From NCBI GenBank assembly GCA_025451535.1, contig JANWKE010000009.1, positions 11,917 to 75,916 on the forward strand: 64,000 nt of DNA. Reading direction: 5' to 3'. Source of the stretch: Verrucomicrobiia bacterium (GTDB taxonomy: Bacteria > Verrucomicrobiota > Verrucomicrobiia > Limisphaerales > UBA11358). The position numbers and the translations under genes were made by a program. The notes beneath the pieces were generated by a model that did no database searches, was not told the DNA's origin, and worked only from the letters and a program-made list of their open reading frames with translations. Positions within the stretch are counted from its first letter, which is position 1. Every line of letters begins with the position of its first letter. Positions 19,398-30,879 of the stretch are shown here, in pieces.

Positions 19398-20789
19398 TCA
19401 TTTGGCACCAGTGGCCGCAAACACGGCGGGAATGGTGCGCAGCAAAATTGACAAATCAAGCCACAACGACCAGTTGTCAATGTATTCGAGATCAAGCCGC
19501 ACCCAATCCTTGAAGTCCTTGATCTGGTTGCGTCCGCTGATTTGCCAAAGGCAGGTGATGCCGGGTTTCACGCTGAGACGGCGGCGGTGGGCCAGATCGC
19601 TGAAGCGCCTGACTTCGTCCACCGGCAACGGGCGTGGCCCAACCAGGCTCATCTCGCCGCGCAGCACATTGAAGAGCTGGGGCAATTCGTCCAGACTGTA
19701 ACGGCGCAGCCACTTGCCAATGCGGGTGATCCGCGGGTCGTTGGTTACTTTGAACACCGGACCGCTCATTTCGTTCATGGCCTCCAGCTCGTGTTTCAGT
19801 TGTTCGGCGTTGGTGATCATCGTCCGAAATTTGTAAAGGGTAAACGGCGCACCGTTCTGTCCGGAACGTTGCTGTTTGAAGAAGATCGGACCGGGCGAGG
19901 TGAGCTTGATGGCGATGGCAATCAACAAAAACAACGGAAAAAGCACGATCAAGAGGATAAACGCGCCCACCCGGTCCATGACATGCTTGACGACGCTTTG
20001 CCATGAGGCATCGGGCGTGGTGCGAAAGACGAGCAGCGGGCGATCCAGTAATTCGTCGAAACTCGTGCGGGAGATTTGCGTCGCAAAAAAATCGGCAATC
20101 AACCATACTTCCACGCCTTCGAGTTCACAGGCTCGGATGACGTATTCGACTTGTTCGAAATAGGTGTGTTTGGCGCTGAGAATCACACCATACACCGAAT
20201 AATGGTGGAGCATGGACACAATTTGTTGTACGGGCGTCTCCAGCAGATTGAGGTCGGCCACGATTTCGACGCTTTGGTCGGTTTGTTCCTTCAGTTCTTT
20301 TCTCATCCTGGCGATTTCACGTTCGGTACCAACCAGGACAAAGCGGCGTTTGTATTGCAACTGGGCCATTTTGCTTTTGAGCAATACGCGCACCAGCTCC
20401 TCTTTTAAACACACCAGGCAAAAACCGACGCATCCGAACAAAATAAAAATCCCGCGCGCCACGATCAGATGGAAGACATAGACCGTCAGCATCAACCCCA
20501 CCGTAATCAGCGCACAACCTTTGAACAGCGGCCACCAAATGGCCCTGCGGGAACACAACGGCGGATGATCATAAAACCCCTGCGATTCGAGGACGAGCGG
20601 CGTGGCCGGTATCAATACCAGATAGAGCCACGCGAAATTTTCGAATGGACTGGACGGCTCCAGCTTTAACCACGCGATAACGTCGGGATTGGCACGCAGC
20701 GCATACGCCACCCAAAAGGCGATCGCAAACAGGCCTGCGTCCGTCAATTGATGAATCACCGTCCGAATCTGGCGATCGCGTCTCAGCAT
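19398..20789 (-). CDS. exopolysaccharide polyprenyl glycosylphosphotransferase (priming sugar transferase)
   Basis: N-terminal TM bundle plus a C-terminal bacterial sugar transferase domain: PIFFKQQRSGQNGAPFTLYKFRTM...VGPRPLPVDE...KPGITCLWQISGRN. Confidence 0.9.
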   Translation of the reverse strand: MLRRDRQIRTVIHQLTDAGLFAIAFWVAYALRANPDVIAWLKLEPSSPFENFAWLYLVLIPATPLVLESQGFYDHPPLCSRRAIWWPLFKGCALITVGLMLTVYVFHLIVARGIFILFGCVGFCLVCLKEELVRVLLKSKMAQLQYKRRFVLVGTEREIARMRKELKEQTDQSVEIVADLNLLETPVQQIVSMLHHYSVYGVILSAKHTYFEQVEYVIRACELEGVEVWLIADFFATQISRTSFDELLDRPLLVFRTTPDASWQSVVKHVMDRVGAFILLIVLFPLFLLIAIAIKLTSPGPIFFKQQRSGQNGAPFTLYKFRTMITNAEQLKHELEAMNEMSGPVFKVTNDPRITRIGKWLRRYSLDELPQLFNVLRGEMSLVGPRPLPVDEVRRFSDLAHRRRLSVKPGITCLWQISGRNQIKDFKDWVRLDLEYIDNWSLWLDLSILLRTIPAVFAATGAK

Positions 20790-20864
20790 GTTATCAAACG
20801 ATTACGTGTTTTCCGGAACGGCCCGGCCACATACGAACTCAATTCTCGGTTTCAGCGGCCGGAT

Positions 20865-21578
20865 CTATTTTGCTTCCGGCGGCAATTGAAACTCCGGCAC
20901 GGAAGCCGCAATAAGTTTTTCCATCCGGTCAAATGTGGCATCCTCCTGCCCCGGCGGGCAAATCGTGAAATAGGAAACATAGGCCCAGCGTTGCAAAATT
21001 CCGGTAGTCAATAAATCCCGCGTCAACCACCAGATGCGCTGCCAATGGCTGGTTGTCTCTTCATTTTTTGTGACGAACCAAAACACGTAAAGGCCGCGCA
21101 CTTCCTGTTTCCGTCCATCGTTGTCCTGAACAAAATTCGTGATCGTCCATTTGGCGACCCGCAATTGATACGAATCCCGGCCTTCAATCGGAACGTCCAC
21201 CGTTGCTTTTTGGTCAATATGCCAGCCCTGACCCGGGAGGCAAAACTCCGGTTTGTGAATACTGGTTCGGTCCATCCCCATCAAAATAATGTTTCCATTC
21301 ACCCAAAACCCGTTTGTCTCCGTGTAGCGGCGTTGAGCGTAGCTTGTGTCTTTGGGAAGCATGTCCAGGACTGTTTTATCCTGGGGCACACGTTCAGAGG
21401 TGTAACCGAGAACGTGCGCCGGCAAATCAAAATCCATCCTTATATCTCCAGGGATTGGCGCTGCCTTGATGCCGGGCAGGCCGAGCTTTTGATTTTTTTT
21501 GAGCCAGTTCAATGCCCCGCCGCCGCCGGCAATCAATACAACCGCAATGATAAAAACAAGGATTCGTTGGCTCTTCAT
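20865..21578 (-). CDS. exosortase-associated EpsI-family protein
   Basis: N-terminal TM anchor, about 210-aa periplasmic domain. Its start overlaps the exosortase stop (ATGA). Confidence 0.75.
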   Translation of the reverse strand: MKSQRILVFIIAVVLIAGGGGALNWLKKNQKLGLPGIKAAPIPGDIRMDFDLPAHVLGYTSERVPQDKTVLDMLPKDTSYAQRRYTETNGFWVNGNIILMGMDRTSIHKPEFCLPGQGWHIDQKATVDVPIEGRDSYQLRVAKWTITNFVQDNDGRKQEVRGLYVFWFVTKNEETTSHWQRIWWLTRDLLTTGILQRWAYVSYFTICPPGQEDATFDRMEKLIAASVPEFQLPPEAK

Positions 21579-22537
21579 GGCTGTTTGTTTTCCTCTGAAT
21601 CAGTTTTTTCCTCCAACCAGCGGCCGATGAACAACAATCCCAGGAAAGCCGGAAGGTAAGGAACCAGACTAATGAGGGTGCTCTCGTGAACATAATTGCC
21701 CCATTCTTGACCGCCCATGACTGCCGCGATGATAATCAAGAGCATCCGGAGGAGATTTCCCAAAATGGCAAAAGGAATCGCCAACGCCATCATGAACAGC
21801 CGCCGCCAGGGAGAGCGAAGCATCACGAAGCCACAAACCGTGGCGAACAAAACAATGGCCATCAGACTGCGGATGCCACTGCACGCCGCGGCAACGTCGT
21901 ATTGATAGGTGCCCAGCGGATCGAACAGTTGCGTCCCCATGCGCATCACTCCAATCCCCAGAATGTTGTGTGCAAACCACTCCACCAGCGCGGAAACGAG
22001 AAGGCGCAGCGGGAAAGTAATCGGTTCGGATATTGAACTCAAGGGCACGAAAAAAATAAAAAGAAAACACGGGAAAAAGCTGTGGCGCAGCCAGGGGGAA
22101 CCCCACGCCAGTCCCATCAATCCATAAATGCCGGTGAATAACGCAACGATGGAAAGGCGCGGCTCTTGAACCACGTAACCTATAATATGCAACACCAGAC
22201 CCAAACCGACAAGCAGCAGGCCGGGCGGCCAGATTTTCAACGGCAATGCCAGCAATTCCCTGCGTTTCCACCAAAATAAACCAATTACCAAAAATGGAAT
22301 AATGTCTCCATAGGCGTCATCGCCGGAACCACTCTGGCTGTTGTAGGAATTAAACATCCAGTACAACAACGACGGACTATGAATGTAACCAAAGACGGAA
22401 TTGCCCAAAAACTGAAACAGCGCCAGCCACGCCGCCAGCAAAAGGAAAAAGAAACCCTTGTTTGGCAGGCGCCGCCAGCAATCCACGAAATTCGCTTGAA
22501 ATCCCACAGGAGTTCCAGGTTGGGTTTGTTCATTCAT
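21575..22537 (-). CDS. exosortase (EpsH/Xrt family transpeptidase)
   Basis: Eight-TM protein with the conserved Cys motif AAACSGIRSL and downstream Arg/His-containing helices. The start is set at MNEQTQPG (complement of 22535-22537). Confidence 0.85.
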   Translation of the reverse strand: MNEQTQPGTPVGFQANFVDCWRRLPNKGFFFLLLAAWLALFQFLGNSVFGYIHSPSLLYWMFNSYNSQSGSGDDAYGDIIPFLVIGLFWWKRRELLALPLKIWPPGLLLVGLGLVLHIIGYVVQEPRLSIVALFTGIYGLMGLAWGSPWLRHSFFPCFLFIFFVPLSSISEPITFPLRLLVSALVEWFAHNILGIGVMRMGTQLFDPLGTYQYDVAAACSGIRSLMAIVLFATVCGFVMLRSPWRRLFMMALAIPFAILGNLLRMLLIIIAAVMGGQEWGNYVHESTLISLVPYLPAFLGLLFIGRWLEEKTDSEENKQP

Positions 22538-22823
22538 GCACGTACAATTGGAATTTGTTTGATAGCTTATTTTGTTCTTTTGCTCAATCAAATTGTTCTC
22601 TCGCAACAACCCGTTTAGCTGCCGTCCCAACGGCGGAGAATACAAAGGAATTCGTGAAACACTGCGGCGCCAGCCGCCGCCGTTCTGACCCGGGCCGGGA
22701 AACTCCAATCGGCCCGAGGCATTGGTTTCCGTGAATCAGTTTTCATGCCACAATTGCATCAAGTATAACCAGCCTGTGGTCATTCCCTGACTTTTCCTTC
22801 ATTCGTTCATTCGCATTCCTGCT

Positions 22824-23591
22824 TCACGTCAAATTATATTTCTTTAACCCGCAAAGTTGGCCGGCAATTTTGGCGACAAAGAGCGGATTATTCTTGAGAT
22901 AACGTCTGGCCAGCCGGCGCGGCTCGGTACAGAAACGGTAAAACCACTCGAGTCCGCTGTGCTGCATCCAGCGCGGCGCCTGCTTTATGCGGCCGCTGTG
23001 AAAATCAAAAGCCGCGCCGACGCCGATCGTCAGCGTCGCTTCCAGCGTCGGTGAAAATTCCGCCATGAACTTTTCCTGCTTGGGCGTGCTCAAGCCAACC
23101 CACAAAATGTCGGGCCGCGCGACACGGATTTTTTCCCGTAATTCATTCTCCTCGGCAGGATTGAGCGGCCGGAACGGCGGCGTGAATGTTCCCACAATCT
23201 GCATTTTCGGAAAGCGCGCCTTTAATTTTTCGGCCAGCTTGTCTGCCACGCCATCGGCGCCACCGAAGAAAAAGTGACGGCACTGATTTTTTTCGCTCCA
23301 GGCACAAACCTCCAGCATCAGGTCGGGACCATAAACCCGCCGCATTTCAGAATAACCGTGAATTTTGCCCATCCAGACCATCGGCATCCCGTCAGGCGTG
23401 CAGAGAAACGCATGATTCAAAATGGCCCGAAAATTTTCGTCGTTTTGCGCCTCCATGACCCCATGAACGCCGGTGACGCAAATGTAGCCTTTGCGTTTTT
23501 GCCGCACGGCGTCGGCAATCGCTGCCAGCGCCGTTTGCAGATTAAGGACGCTGACGCCGACGCCAAGGACATTGACACGTTCTACAACCAT
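22824..23591 (-). CDS. WecB/TagA/CpsF-family glycosyltransferase (GT26)
   Basis: VNVLGVGVSVLN N-terminus and PKQEKF...IGVGAAFDFHSG...PRWMQHSGLEWFYR signature. Confidence 0.85.
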   Translation of the reverse strand: MVVERVNVLGVGVSVLNLQTALAAIADAVRQKRKGYICVTGVHGVMEAQNDENFRAILNHAFLCTPDGMPMVWMGKIHGYSEMRRVYGPDLMLEVCAWSEKNQCRHFFFGGADGVADKLAEKLKARFPKMQIVGTFTPPFRPLNPAEENELREKIRVARPDILWVGLSTPKQEKFMAEFSPTLEATLTIGVGAAFDFHSGRIKQAPRWMQHSGLEWFYRFCTEPRRLARRYLKNNPLFVAKIAGQLCGLKKYNLT

Positions 23592-23679
23592 TGAATTTAA
23601 ACCGTCACCTGACTTTAGCTTTCATACTTTCACTGGCGCCTTCGCCGTAGCACGGCAATGATGAAATACCTCCGGCCGC

Positions 23680-24723
23680 TCAAGCGGGTTGCAAGGCTCC
23701 CACCATTTTTCCAAAAATCCGGTCAAGGGAATGGCTGATTTTCCAGTCGGGATAGTGGCTTTTTAATTTGCGAAGGTCGCTGATGTAGCAAATGTGGTCG
23801 CCGGCGCGTGCCTGGTCGGTGTAGGTGTAGCTTATTTTTTTACCGGTGAGCGCTTCGATTTTTTGGATGCACTCCAGAATGGAGGCGCTGTTTTCGCGTC
23901 CGCCGCCGAGGTTATAAACCTCGCCCGGCCGCGGCTTTTTCGTGAATTCGGCAAACGCAGCCAGCACATCCGCGCTGTGGATCTGGTCGCGCACCTGTTT
24001 GCCTTTGTAGCCGAAAATCGTGTAACTTTCGCCTGCCAATGCGACTTTGACGAGATAGGAAAGAAATCCGTGCAGCTGAACGCCGGAATGGTTTTCACCC
24101 GTGAGGCAACCGCCGCGGAAAATGCCGACCTTCATGCCGAAATACCGGCCATATTCCTGGGCGACCACGTCCGCCGCTGTCTTGCTCGCGCCAAAAAGGC
24201 TGTGCATGGTCCGGTCAATCCGGCAGTCCTCGCGCACGCCGTTAAAATCCTCCGGTCGCGCGTAGTCCCAGCGCGTCGGCAATTCCTTGAGCGGGATTTC
24301 ATTCGGGGCATCGCCATAGACCTTGTTGGTGGACATGAAAATGAAGACGGCCTCAGGATTCGTAAGGCGTGTCGTTTCCAGCAGGTTGATGGTGCCCACG
24401 GCATTGACATCGAAATCCACAAAGGGGATTTCCCTGGCCTTGTCGTGTGAAGGTTGCGCAGCACAATGGATGATAAGGTCAAATTTTTCCGATTTGAACA
24501 AATCAATGATCTTTTGCCGGTCGCGGATATCCAGTTCGTGGTGGCGAAAATGGCGGGTGGTATGGCGGAGCCGTTCCAGATTCCAGCGGGTGTCTCCTTG
24601 CGGGCCAAAAAACTCACGGCGCAGGTTGTTGTCAATCCCGTGAACCTCATGTCCCTCGCGGTCATAATGACTGACCGCTTCCGACCCGATCAAACCATTG
24701 GAACCGGTAATCAGTACTTTCAT
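23680..24723 (-). CDS. NAD-dependent sugar epimerase/dehydratase (CDP-paratose-2-epimerase-like SDR)
   Basis: [17 protein letters not shown] Rossmann motif and YGASKTAAD catalytic YxxxK. The start is set at the internal ATG 24721-24723. Confidence 0.85.
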   Translation of the reverse strand: MKVLITGSNGLIGSEAVSHYDREGHEVHGIDNNLRREFFGPQGDTRWNLERLRHTTRHFRHHELDIRDRQKIIDLFKSEKFDLIIHCAAQPSHDKAREIPFVDFDVNAVGTINLLETTRLTNPEAVFIFMSTNKVYGDAPNEIPLKELPTRWDYARPEDFNGVREDCRIDRTMHSLFGASKTAADVVAQEYGRYFGMKVGIFRGGCLTGENHSGVQLHGFLSYLVKVALAGESYTIFGYKGKQVRDQIHSADVLAAFAEFTKKPRPGEVYNLGGGRENSASILECIQKIEALTGKKISYTYTDQARAGDHICYISDLRKLKSHYPDWKISHSLDRIFGKMVGALQPA

Positions 24724-24881
24724 CGCTGGCAGCATAATTAACCGAAATGCTGATGGCACGCAATTTGTCGCGTTTGCCGGCCGTCTATTCCGGACGCAGT
24801 AATGATTTGGTTTGCTGGTATCCAAAAATGTTTGCACAGTTAATTGTTGTTGCCTATTTTTGATGTTTATTTCCCGGTTTT

Positions 24882-25871
24882 GTGAAACGTGTAATTGTCA
24901 CAGGCGGTTCTGGATTCATCGGCACTCATCTGGTTTCCCATTTGATTAAGCAAGGGCATCAAGTGCTGAACCTCGACAAAAACACGCCGCTGAATCCGGA
25001 ACATGAAAAGTTTCATCGCCCGGCGGACATTCTTGACGCCGCCGCCCTTCACAATGAGTTTGATTCGTTCCGTCCCCAATGGATGTTTCATCTCGCTGCC
25101 CGCACGGATTGTGATGAAACGACCACGGTTGAAGCAGGCTATGCCGTGAATACCGTTGGCGCGGCGAATGTCCTGGCTGCCGCGGCCGCCAGCCCGTCGC
25201 TGGAAAGAGCGTTGATCACCTCTTCCCAATATGTTTGCCGGCCCGGACATCCACCTTCGGACGACCAGGATTATTGTCCGCACACCGTGTACGGCTGGAG
25301 CAAGGTGGAGACGGAACGCGCCACCCGCCGCGCCGGTTTGAAATGCCCATGGGTCATGGTCCGGCCCACAAACATTTGGGGACCGTGGCATCTGCGCTAC
25401 CGAAAACAGGTTTGGCGCGCGATCCAGCGCGGCTTTTATCTTCATCCCGGCGGTGAGCCTGTCGTCCGCTCTTACGGCTATGTCGGCAACGTGGTACGAC
25501 AAATGGCGGGGCTAATGGAGGCTGACACAGCAAAAATCAATGGCAAAACTTTTTATGTCGGCGATGCGCCGCGGGATTTGCGTGATTGGGTCAACGGTTT
25601 TTCTCTTGCCTTGCGAGGCCGCCCGGTGACGGTAGTGCCCCGGCCTTTGTTGCGCACCGTGGCCCTGGCGGGTGATCTCATCGGCAAGGTGCGCGGACGC
25701 GAATTCCTCATCCATTCGTCACGCTATCGCAGCATGATCACTTCCGATCAGGCGCCCATGTCGGCAACATTTGAACTGCTCGGTCCCGGCCCAATTACCC
25801 TGGACGACGCGGTGGCTGAAACCGTCCAGTGGCTTCGTTCGTACGACGGACACGACCGTCTCCGTTTCTAA
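24882..25871 (+). CDS. NAD-dependent epimerase/dehydratase family protein
   Basis: [15 protein letters not shown] Rossmann motif and YGWSK (YxxxK). GTG start. Divergent from the previous gene. Confidence 0.8.
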   Translation: MKRVIVTGGSGFIGTHLVSHLIKQGHQVLNLDKNTPLNPEHEKFHRPADILDAAALHNEFDSFRPQWMFHLAARTDCDETTTVEAGYAVNTVGAANVLAAAAASPSLERALITSSQYVCRPGHPPSDDQDYCPHTVYGWSKVETERATRRAGLKCPWVMVRPTNIWGPWHLRYRKQVWRAIQRGFYLHPGGEPVVRSYGYVGNVVRQMAGLMEADTAKINGKTFYVGDAPRDLRDWVNGFSLALRGRPVTVVPRPLLRTVALAGDLIGKVRGREFLIHSSRYRSMITSDQAPMSATFELLGPGPITLDDAVAETVQWLRSYDGHDRLRF

Positions 25872-26014
25872 ACACACCCATTTTAAATCAAGCAGCGCCT
25901 GTGCCGGCATCCGGACAGGATTTCCCACGGCCGCCTGGTCGGTGAGCGCGATTCCGGCGGAGGACTCATTTTCCATTGTGCCGGCCGGTGGCTCCCCGTA
26001 GCTTTGAATTCGAA

Positions 26015-26803
26015 ATGGACGATATGGCGACACAGCAAGTCTTTGAGACAGTCTATCGAGGCCGGCAAAGTGCGCTTCACCATATGGCTTACATGCGAAT
26101 GTCAAAAGTGCTGCTCAGCCAGCAGATCCTCCACAAAGCCGGAATTAATCTCGCCGGCAAATCGTTCTTCGACTACGGATTCGGCGCAGGGACCTTCTTT
26201 CGATATTGCCCCTTGAACACGCGGTTGTTTGGGGTCGAAATGGATCCCGTAACGGTGGAAGAGGTGGGGCGAATGCTTGCCCTATGCGGCCATTCGCAGG
26301 TAACGCTGGCTCCCATCGATCCCGAGCACTGGACAACGCACCCGTTGCTGCAGCAATCTTACGACGTGGTGCTCTGCAGCCATGTTCTGGAGCACCTGCC
26401 GGACCCGGTTGATGCCCTGCGAAGGTTGAAGGCGTGCCTGAACCCGGATGGTGCGCTCGTAGTCCTCCTGCCGCTGAACGAGCGCCGAGCCAATCCACAC
26501 CACATTCACACGGTCGATCACGGAAAAATTGTGGATTGGCTGCAGGCGAGCGGGTTGCGGATGATTTGTTATCAGGAAGCTGATCCCTGGACTTATTGGA
26601 CTCAACCGTTCTTCACTCAGGACTCAGGGCCGGGCGCCGGACTCGTCCGAATCCTGGCCCAGGTGTTCAGCCTTGGCCTGGGGATTCCTTCCACCCTGGT
26701 GGGATATCGGATGTGGCAACACCTTTCGAAACCCTTCGGATGGTTGACTTGTTCGAAGCCGACGCAGGCGGCATTTGTGTGCAATCCAATTGCGACTCGC
26801 TGA
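26015..26803 (+). CDS. class I SAM-dependent methyltransferase
   Basis: FDYGFGAGTFF motif I and VLCSHVLEHLPDP motif. The start is set at MDDMATQQ. Confidence 0.75.
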   Translation: MDDMATQQVFETVYRGRQSALHHMAYMRMSKVLLSQQILHKAGINLAGKSFFDYGFGAGTFFRYCPLNTRLFGVEMDPVTVEEVGRMLALCGHSQVTLAPIDPEHWTTHPLLQQSYDVVLCSHVLEHLPDPVDALRRLKACLNPDGALVVLLPLNERRANPHHIHTVDHGKIVDWLQASGLRMICYQEADPWTYWTQPFFTQDSGPGAGLVRILAQVFSLGLGIPSTLVGYRMWQHLSKPFGWLTCSKPTQAAFVCNPIATR

Positions 26804-27955
26804 TTATCCGGTGTTTTTCTTCAGCCATTCGCGAACTGCGCCGACGCGTTCGATGGCCATGCGTTCAAAACTGAATTTTTTCGCCTGCTCCAGGCCCCGG
26901 GTCCGGATTTGCCCGCTCAATGCCGGCTCTTCCAGCAACCGCCGCAAGGTCGCCGTCACCAAAGCGCGGTTATTAAAATCAATGATCAATGCGTGACCAC
27001 CGGAAATTTCGTGCGCGATGGGAATATCGTTCAGCACGCAGAGAGTTCCGCAGGACAGGGCTTCGGTGATGGTGCGACCGAATGTTTCTTCGCGGCTGGG
27101 CAGAACATAGGCCAGAGCGTGCCGATACAACGGCGCGAGCCATTTGGCATCCACCCAGCCCATCACCCGCACATTGGACTGGAGATCCCGGGTTTTAATC
27201 AATTCGTTGACCGCCGCCGCGCCCCCCCAATCGCCGCCAAGCATGACCACCGGCATTCGAGCGCGGACTTCGGCCGGCAAGTCCGCGTAACCCTCCAAAA
27301 ACAGCGGTGCCTGCTTGTAATGATGCAAATTGGAAACCCACAAAAGATAGCCCGGTTTAATTTGCAGCGCTTTTTCCAGCGCCCCGGTCTCGCCCGGTTC
27401 GCGCCGCGGAGTGAATTCCGGCAGCGTCCCTTCATGACTCACGAACAGTTTGCCCGCGCACGCCGGAAATGCCTCGCGCAATCGCGACGCGGTGAACGCG
27501 GAATTGGCAATCACCAAAGATGCCTTGCGCATCCCGCGGGTGATGTTCCAATTTCGATACCAGCGCCGCAAAAAACCAGGGCAGTTCTGCTTGTCCAGGT
27601 GCAAAAGGGCGTTGACGCCCATGAAGACCGGCAGTGGCGCTCGCACCGGCACGAAACCAATCGTGAAAAGTCCGGCGGCGCCGAGCTGCCTTGACCGCGG
27701 CCCGACGCGAAATTGATCCGCCCATAAACGGGCTTTCATTCGATCATTGGCCGGATATTCACGATCGTAGCGCAGCCGCGGATGTTCGATCCCCATCTCC
27801 TGGTTTGGCCCGGCAAAAACCAGCCATTCCAAATCTTCAAAATGATTGAGGGAATGAACCAGATACTCGCGGAAAAATGTCGTCAGCGCCGTCTGGTGTT
27901 GCGGGTTTTCACAAAGAAATGAAAAGGCGAGCCGGCTGGAAGTTCTCTTTTGCAT
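26804..27955 (-). CDS. glycosyltransferase family 4 (GT-B, EX7E type)
   Basis: C-terminal YRHALAYVLPSREETFGRTITEALSCG motif. The stop abuts the stop of the convergent methyltransferase gene. Start uncertain (27955 or 28039). Confidence 0.8.
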   Translation of the reverse strand: MQKRTSSRLAFSFLCENPQHQTALTTFFREYLVHSLNHFEDLEWLVFAGPNQEMGIEHPRLRYDREYPANDRMKARLWADQFRVGPRSRQLGAAGLFTIGFVPVRAPLPVFMGVNALLHLDKQNCPGFLRRWYRNWNITRGMRKASLVIANSAFTASRLREAFPACAGKLFVSHEGTLPEFTPRREPGETGALEKALQIKPGYLLWVSNLHHYKQAPLFLEGYADLPAEVRARMPVVMLGGDWGGAAAVNELIKTRDLQSNVRVMGWVDAKWLAPLYRHALAYVLPSREETFGRTITEALSCGTLCVLNDIPIAHEISGGHALIIDFNNRALVTATLRRLLEEPALSGQIRTRGLEQAKKFSFERMAIERVGAVREWLKKNTG

Positions 27956-28120
27956 TACACCAATGGCACCCGGGTATTGAATAGCACCGTGCTTTTTCGT
28001 ACAAGAGTTTATTTCCCGGTCAAGCGCGATTAAACTCAATTGCGGCCCAACCGGGCGACCTGCCGGCGGGGGACGAGGAAAACGTTGCGAAACGGTCGGT
28101 AGTTTCTATCCTCAACCTCA

Positions 28121-29764
28121 TTGAATCTCGGCCTGCTACAACTGAACTCGACCGTTGGTGATTTTGCGGCCAACCGCCGGAACCTCCTGGCGGGTTATGA
28201 AAAAGCCTGCGCCCGCGGTGCCGAGTTTGTCCTCGCGCCGGAGTTGTTTTTATGTGGTTACCCCCCGCGGGATTTGTTGCTGCGCGCGGATTTTGTCAAT
28301 ACCAGTCTCGCGACGCTGGCGGACACCGCGAAAAGCATCGGTAAAATTCCCCTCTGTGTCGGCTACGTGGACCAAAATCCTGATCGACCCGGACGCGCCC
28401 TTTACAATTCCGCCGCCGTCCTGCAAAACGGGAAAATCATCTGGCGCACGCACAAATGTCTGTTGCCGACTTACGATGTTTTTGATGAAGACCGTTATTT
28501 CGAACCCGCGAAAACCGTCGCGCCTTTTGAGTTTAATGGCCGCAAGCTGGGCATTACGATTTGTGAAGACATTTGGAACGATCAGGATTTTTGGCCCGAG
28601 CGGCTGTATCGCCGCGACCCCATCAAGGAACTCGTCGCGCAAGGCGCCCAGGCCATCGTCAACATCTCCGCGTCGCCGTGGCATGACGGCAAGGAGCGTG
28701 TGCGATTGGAAATGCTCCAGCGGGTGGCACGGGACGAAGCTGTGCCGCTGGCCTACGTGAATCTCACCGGCGCAAACGATGAATTGATCTTCGACGGCCA
28801 TAGCGTCGTCCTTAATCAACGCGGTGAAGCACTGGCCTTGGGCAAGGGATTTGCAGAAGATCTGTTGGTGGTGGATTGGGCCGCCGACTCGCCAACGCCA
28901 AAAGTCGAATGGCCGGCGCGGGAACAACAATTATTCGCTGCGCTGTCCCTGGGTATTCGCGATTACGTCGGCAAATGCGGTTTCCAATCGGCTATTGTCG
29001 GTCTCTCCGGCGGCATTGATTCGGCCCTGGTTGCCGTCCTGGCCGCGGAAGCGTTGGGACCGGACCAGGTCATGGGCGTGTCCCTGCCGGCGCGGTATTC
29101 GAGCCAGGGCAGTCTGAGCGACGCTGCGGCACTGGCAAAGAACTTGGGCATTCGATACGAAGTCCTGCCGATTGAAACTGTTTTTCAGTCAGTTGAACAA
29201 CAACTGGCCAAAGTGTTTGCCGGGACCAAACCCAATGAAGCCGAGGAAAATATCCAATCACGCTTGCGCGGTGTCACCTTGATGGCGCTGTCCAACAAAT
29301 TCGGCGCGCTGGTGCTGACGACCGGCAACAAGTCGGAGATGGCCGTCGGCTATTGCACGCTGTACGGTGACATGTGCGGCGCGCTGGCGCCCCTGGCCGA
29401 CGTTTTCAAGATGGACGTCTATAAAATTTCACGCTGGGTAAACCGCGAATGTGAAACCATTCCCGCCGCTTCCCTCACCAAACCGCCCAGCGCCGAGTTG
29501 CGCCCGAACCAAAAGGATCAGGACTCCCTGCCCGCTTATGAAATCCTGGACCAGATCCTGGACGCCTACGTCGTGCAAAATCTGAGCAAACCGGAGATTA
29601 TTGCGCGCGGGTTTGAGGCTGCGGTCGTGAACGACGTCATCAATAAAATAACCTTCAGCGAATACAAACGCCGCCAGGCGGCGCCGGGATTGAAGGTGTC
29701 GCCCCGCGCCTTTGGTATCGGCCGTCGTATTCCCATTGCGCAACGGTTCCGCACCTCAAAATAG
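28121..29764 (+). CDS. nadE: glutamine-dependent NAD+ synthetase
   Basis: N-terminal CN-hydrolase domain (LGITICEDIW) plus a C-terminal synthetase domain with the SGGIDSALV P-loop. Apparent TTG start. Confidence 0.92.
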   Translation: MNLGLLQLNSTVGDFAANRRNLLAGYEKACARGAEFVLAPELFLCGYPPRDLLLRADFVNTSLATLADTAKSIGKIPLCVGYVDQNPDRPGRALYNSAAVLQNGKIIWRTHKCLLPTYDVFDEDRYFEPAKTVAPFEFNGRKLGITICEDIWNDQDFWPERLYRRDPIKELVAQGAQAIVNISASPWHDGKERVRLEMLQRVARDEAVPLAYVNLTGANDELIFDGHSVVLNQRGEALALGKGFAEDLLVVDWAADSPTPKVEWPAREQQLFAALSLGIRDYVGKCGFQSAIVGLSGGIDSALVAVLAAEALGPDQVMGVSLPARYSSQGSLSDAAALAKNLGIRYEVLPIETVFQSVEQQLAKVFAGTKPNEAEENIQSRLRGVTLMALSNKFGALVLTTGNKSEMAVGYCTLYGDMCGALAPLADVFKMDVYKISRWVNRECETIPAASLTKPPSAELRPNQKDQDSLPAYEILDQILDAYVVQNLSKPEIIARGFEAAVVNDVINKITFSEYKRRQAAPGLKVSPRAFGIGRRIPIAQRFRTSK

Positions 29765-30036
29765 GTAATTTTAATTGAAAACCATGAAATGTTTGTTGTA
29801 GGATGCGTAATAACGAAATCGTCTCACAGTTAAACTGCAATGTGAAAATGATCTACCGGGGACACTTCCGCCTTACCAACTTTTCCGTTTGCCGTACCCG
29901 GTTCACAGATCCGGCTGCTGGCGGACGATTTGCCATTGTGAGAGCCTCATCCCTTCAGCATGCCCGGCCCACTTTCAACCAGGGTGACACCGGTTTGACG
30001 ATAGCAACTTGAAGATGTCTCGAAATAATTGAGGCC

Positions 30037-30879
30037 ATGACGGAACCCATTGACAGTCCGACGAAATCAGCATCGGTAAACAGCGAACATTTCAGTCGCG
30101 TGGGCGAGAAAAAATTCGTCAGGGGATCGCCTCATTTGAAACACCCGGCCCTGGCAACGAGTATGCTTGGCAAAGTCCGTGACGTTTTTGCACAGGTCCG
30201 CCAAAGGGGTGATCACCCGGAAGTGCTCGATATGGGAGCGGGTGCCGGAATGTTAACGTTGCCATTGTTGGAAATGGGAGCTTCCGTCACTGCGGCGGAT
30301 GCCACGCAGGCATTGATGGACATTCTTGTCGCACGCGCTGCTGGATTTGAACCGCGGCTGACCCTCGCGGTAGGGGACATTTTCGAAACGCTTGCGCAAT
30401 ACGAAAAATCGGGCAGAAGGTTTGATCTTATCTGCGCGAGTTCGTTTCTTCATCATATTCCTGATTACCTGAAGCTCTGCCGCATGTCGGCCGGCTTAAT
30501 CCGGCCCAATGGTCTGTTCTTCACCTTTCAAGATCCGCTGCGGTACGATACTCTCGGGAAAGGAGCCTACTGGTTCGACCGTTCGTCTTATTTCGCCTGG
30601 CGGTTGTTTCAGGGAAATTACGTCCAGGGTTTCAAAACACGGTTGCGCCGGCTCTGTGGCATTTGTCGCGCAGATTTGTCGGAAGACGTTGTCGAGTATC
30701 ACGTCGTCCGAAACGGGGTGGATCAGGTGTCAATCCAGCAATTATTCGAAGCCGAAGGCTTCACCTGCGAAATCCAAAAATATTGGAGCACGCAATCATC
30801 CTTGTTCCAGCACCTGGGCGTCAGGCTGGGCTTCGCTAACACGTTCGCCATCGTTGCCACCCGGCGCCAAAATCGATGA
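30037..30879 (+). CDS. class I SAM-dependent methyltransferase
   Basis: VLDMGAGAGMLTLPLLEMGASVTAADA motif I/II. Confidence 0.75.
   Translation: MTEPIDSPTKSASVNSEHFSRVGEKKFVRGSPHLKHPALATSMLGKVRDVFAQVRQRGDHPEVLDMGAGAGMLTLPLLEMGASVTAADATQALMDILVARAAGFEPRLTLAVGDIFETLAQYEKSGRRFDLICASSFLHHIPDYLKLCRMSAGLIRPNGLFFTFQDPLRYDTLGKGAYWFDRSSYFAWRLFQGNYVQGFKTRLRRLCGICRADLSEDVVEYHVVRNGVDQVSIQQLFEAEGFTCEIQKYWSTQSSLFQHLGVRLGFANTFAIVATRRQNR

Noticed and set aside
22538-22708. 57-aa N-terminal extension of the exosortase ORF
   Set aside because: Hydrophilic and low-complexity, and it spans an AT-rich promoter-like stretch. The exosortase membrane core begins after MNEQTQ.
26909-27694. 261-aa + ORF
   Set aside because: Antisense to the GT4 glycosyltransferase.
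29803-30012. 69-aa + ORF between nadE and the methyltransferase gene
   Set aside because: No RBS and no motif. It lies in a probable promoter/5' UTR region, and its composition is unremarkable.
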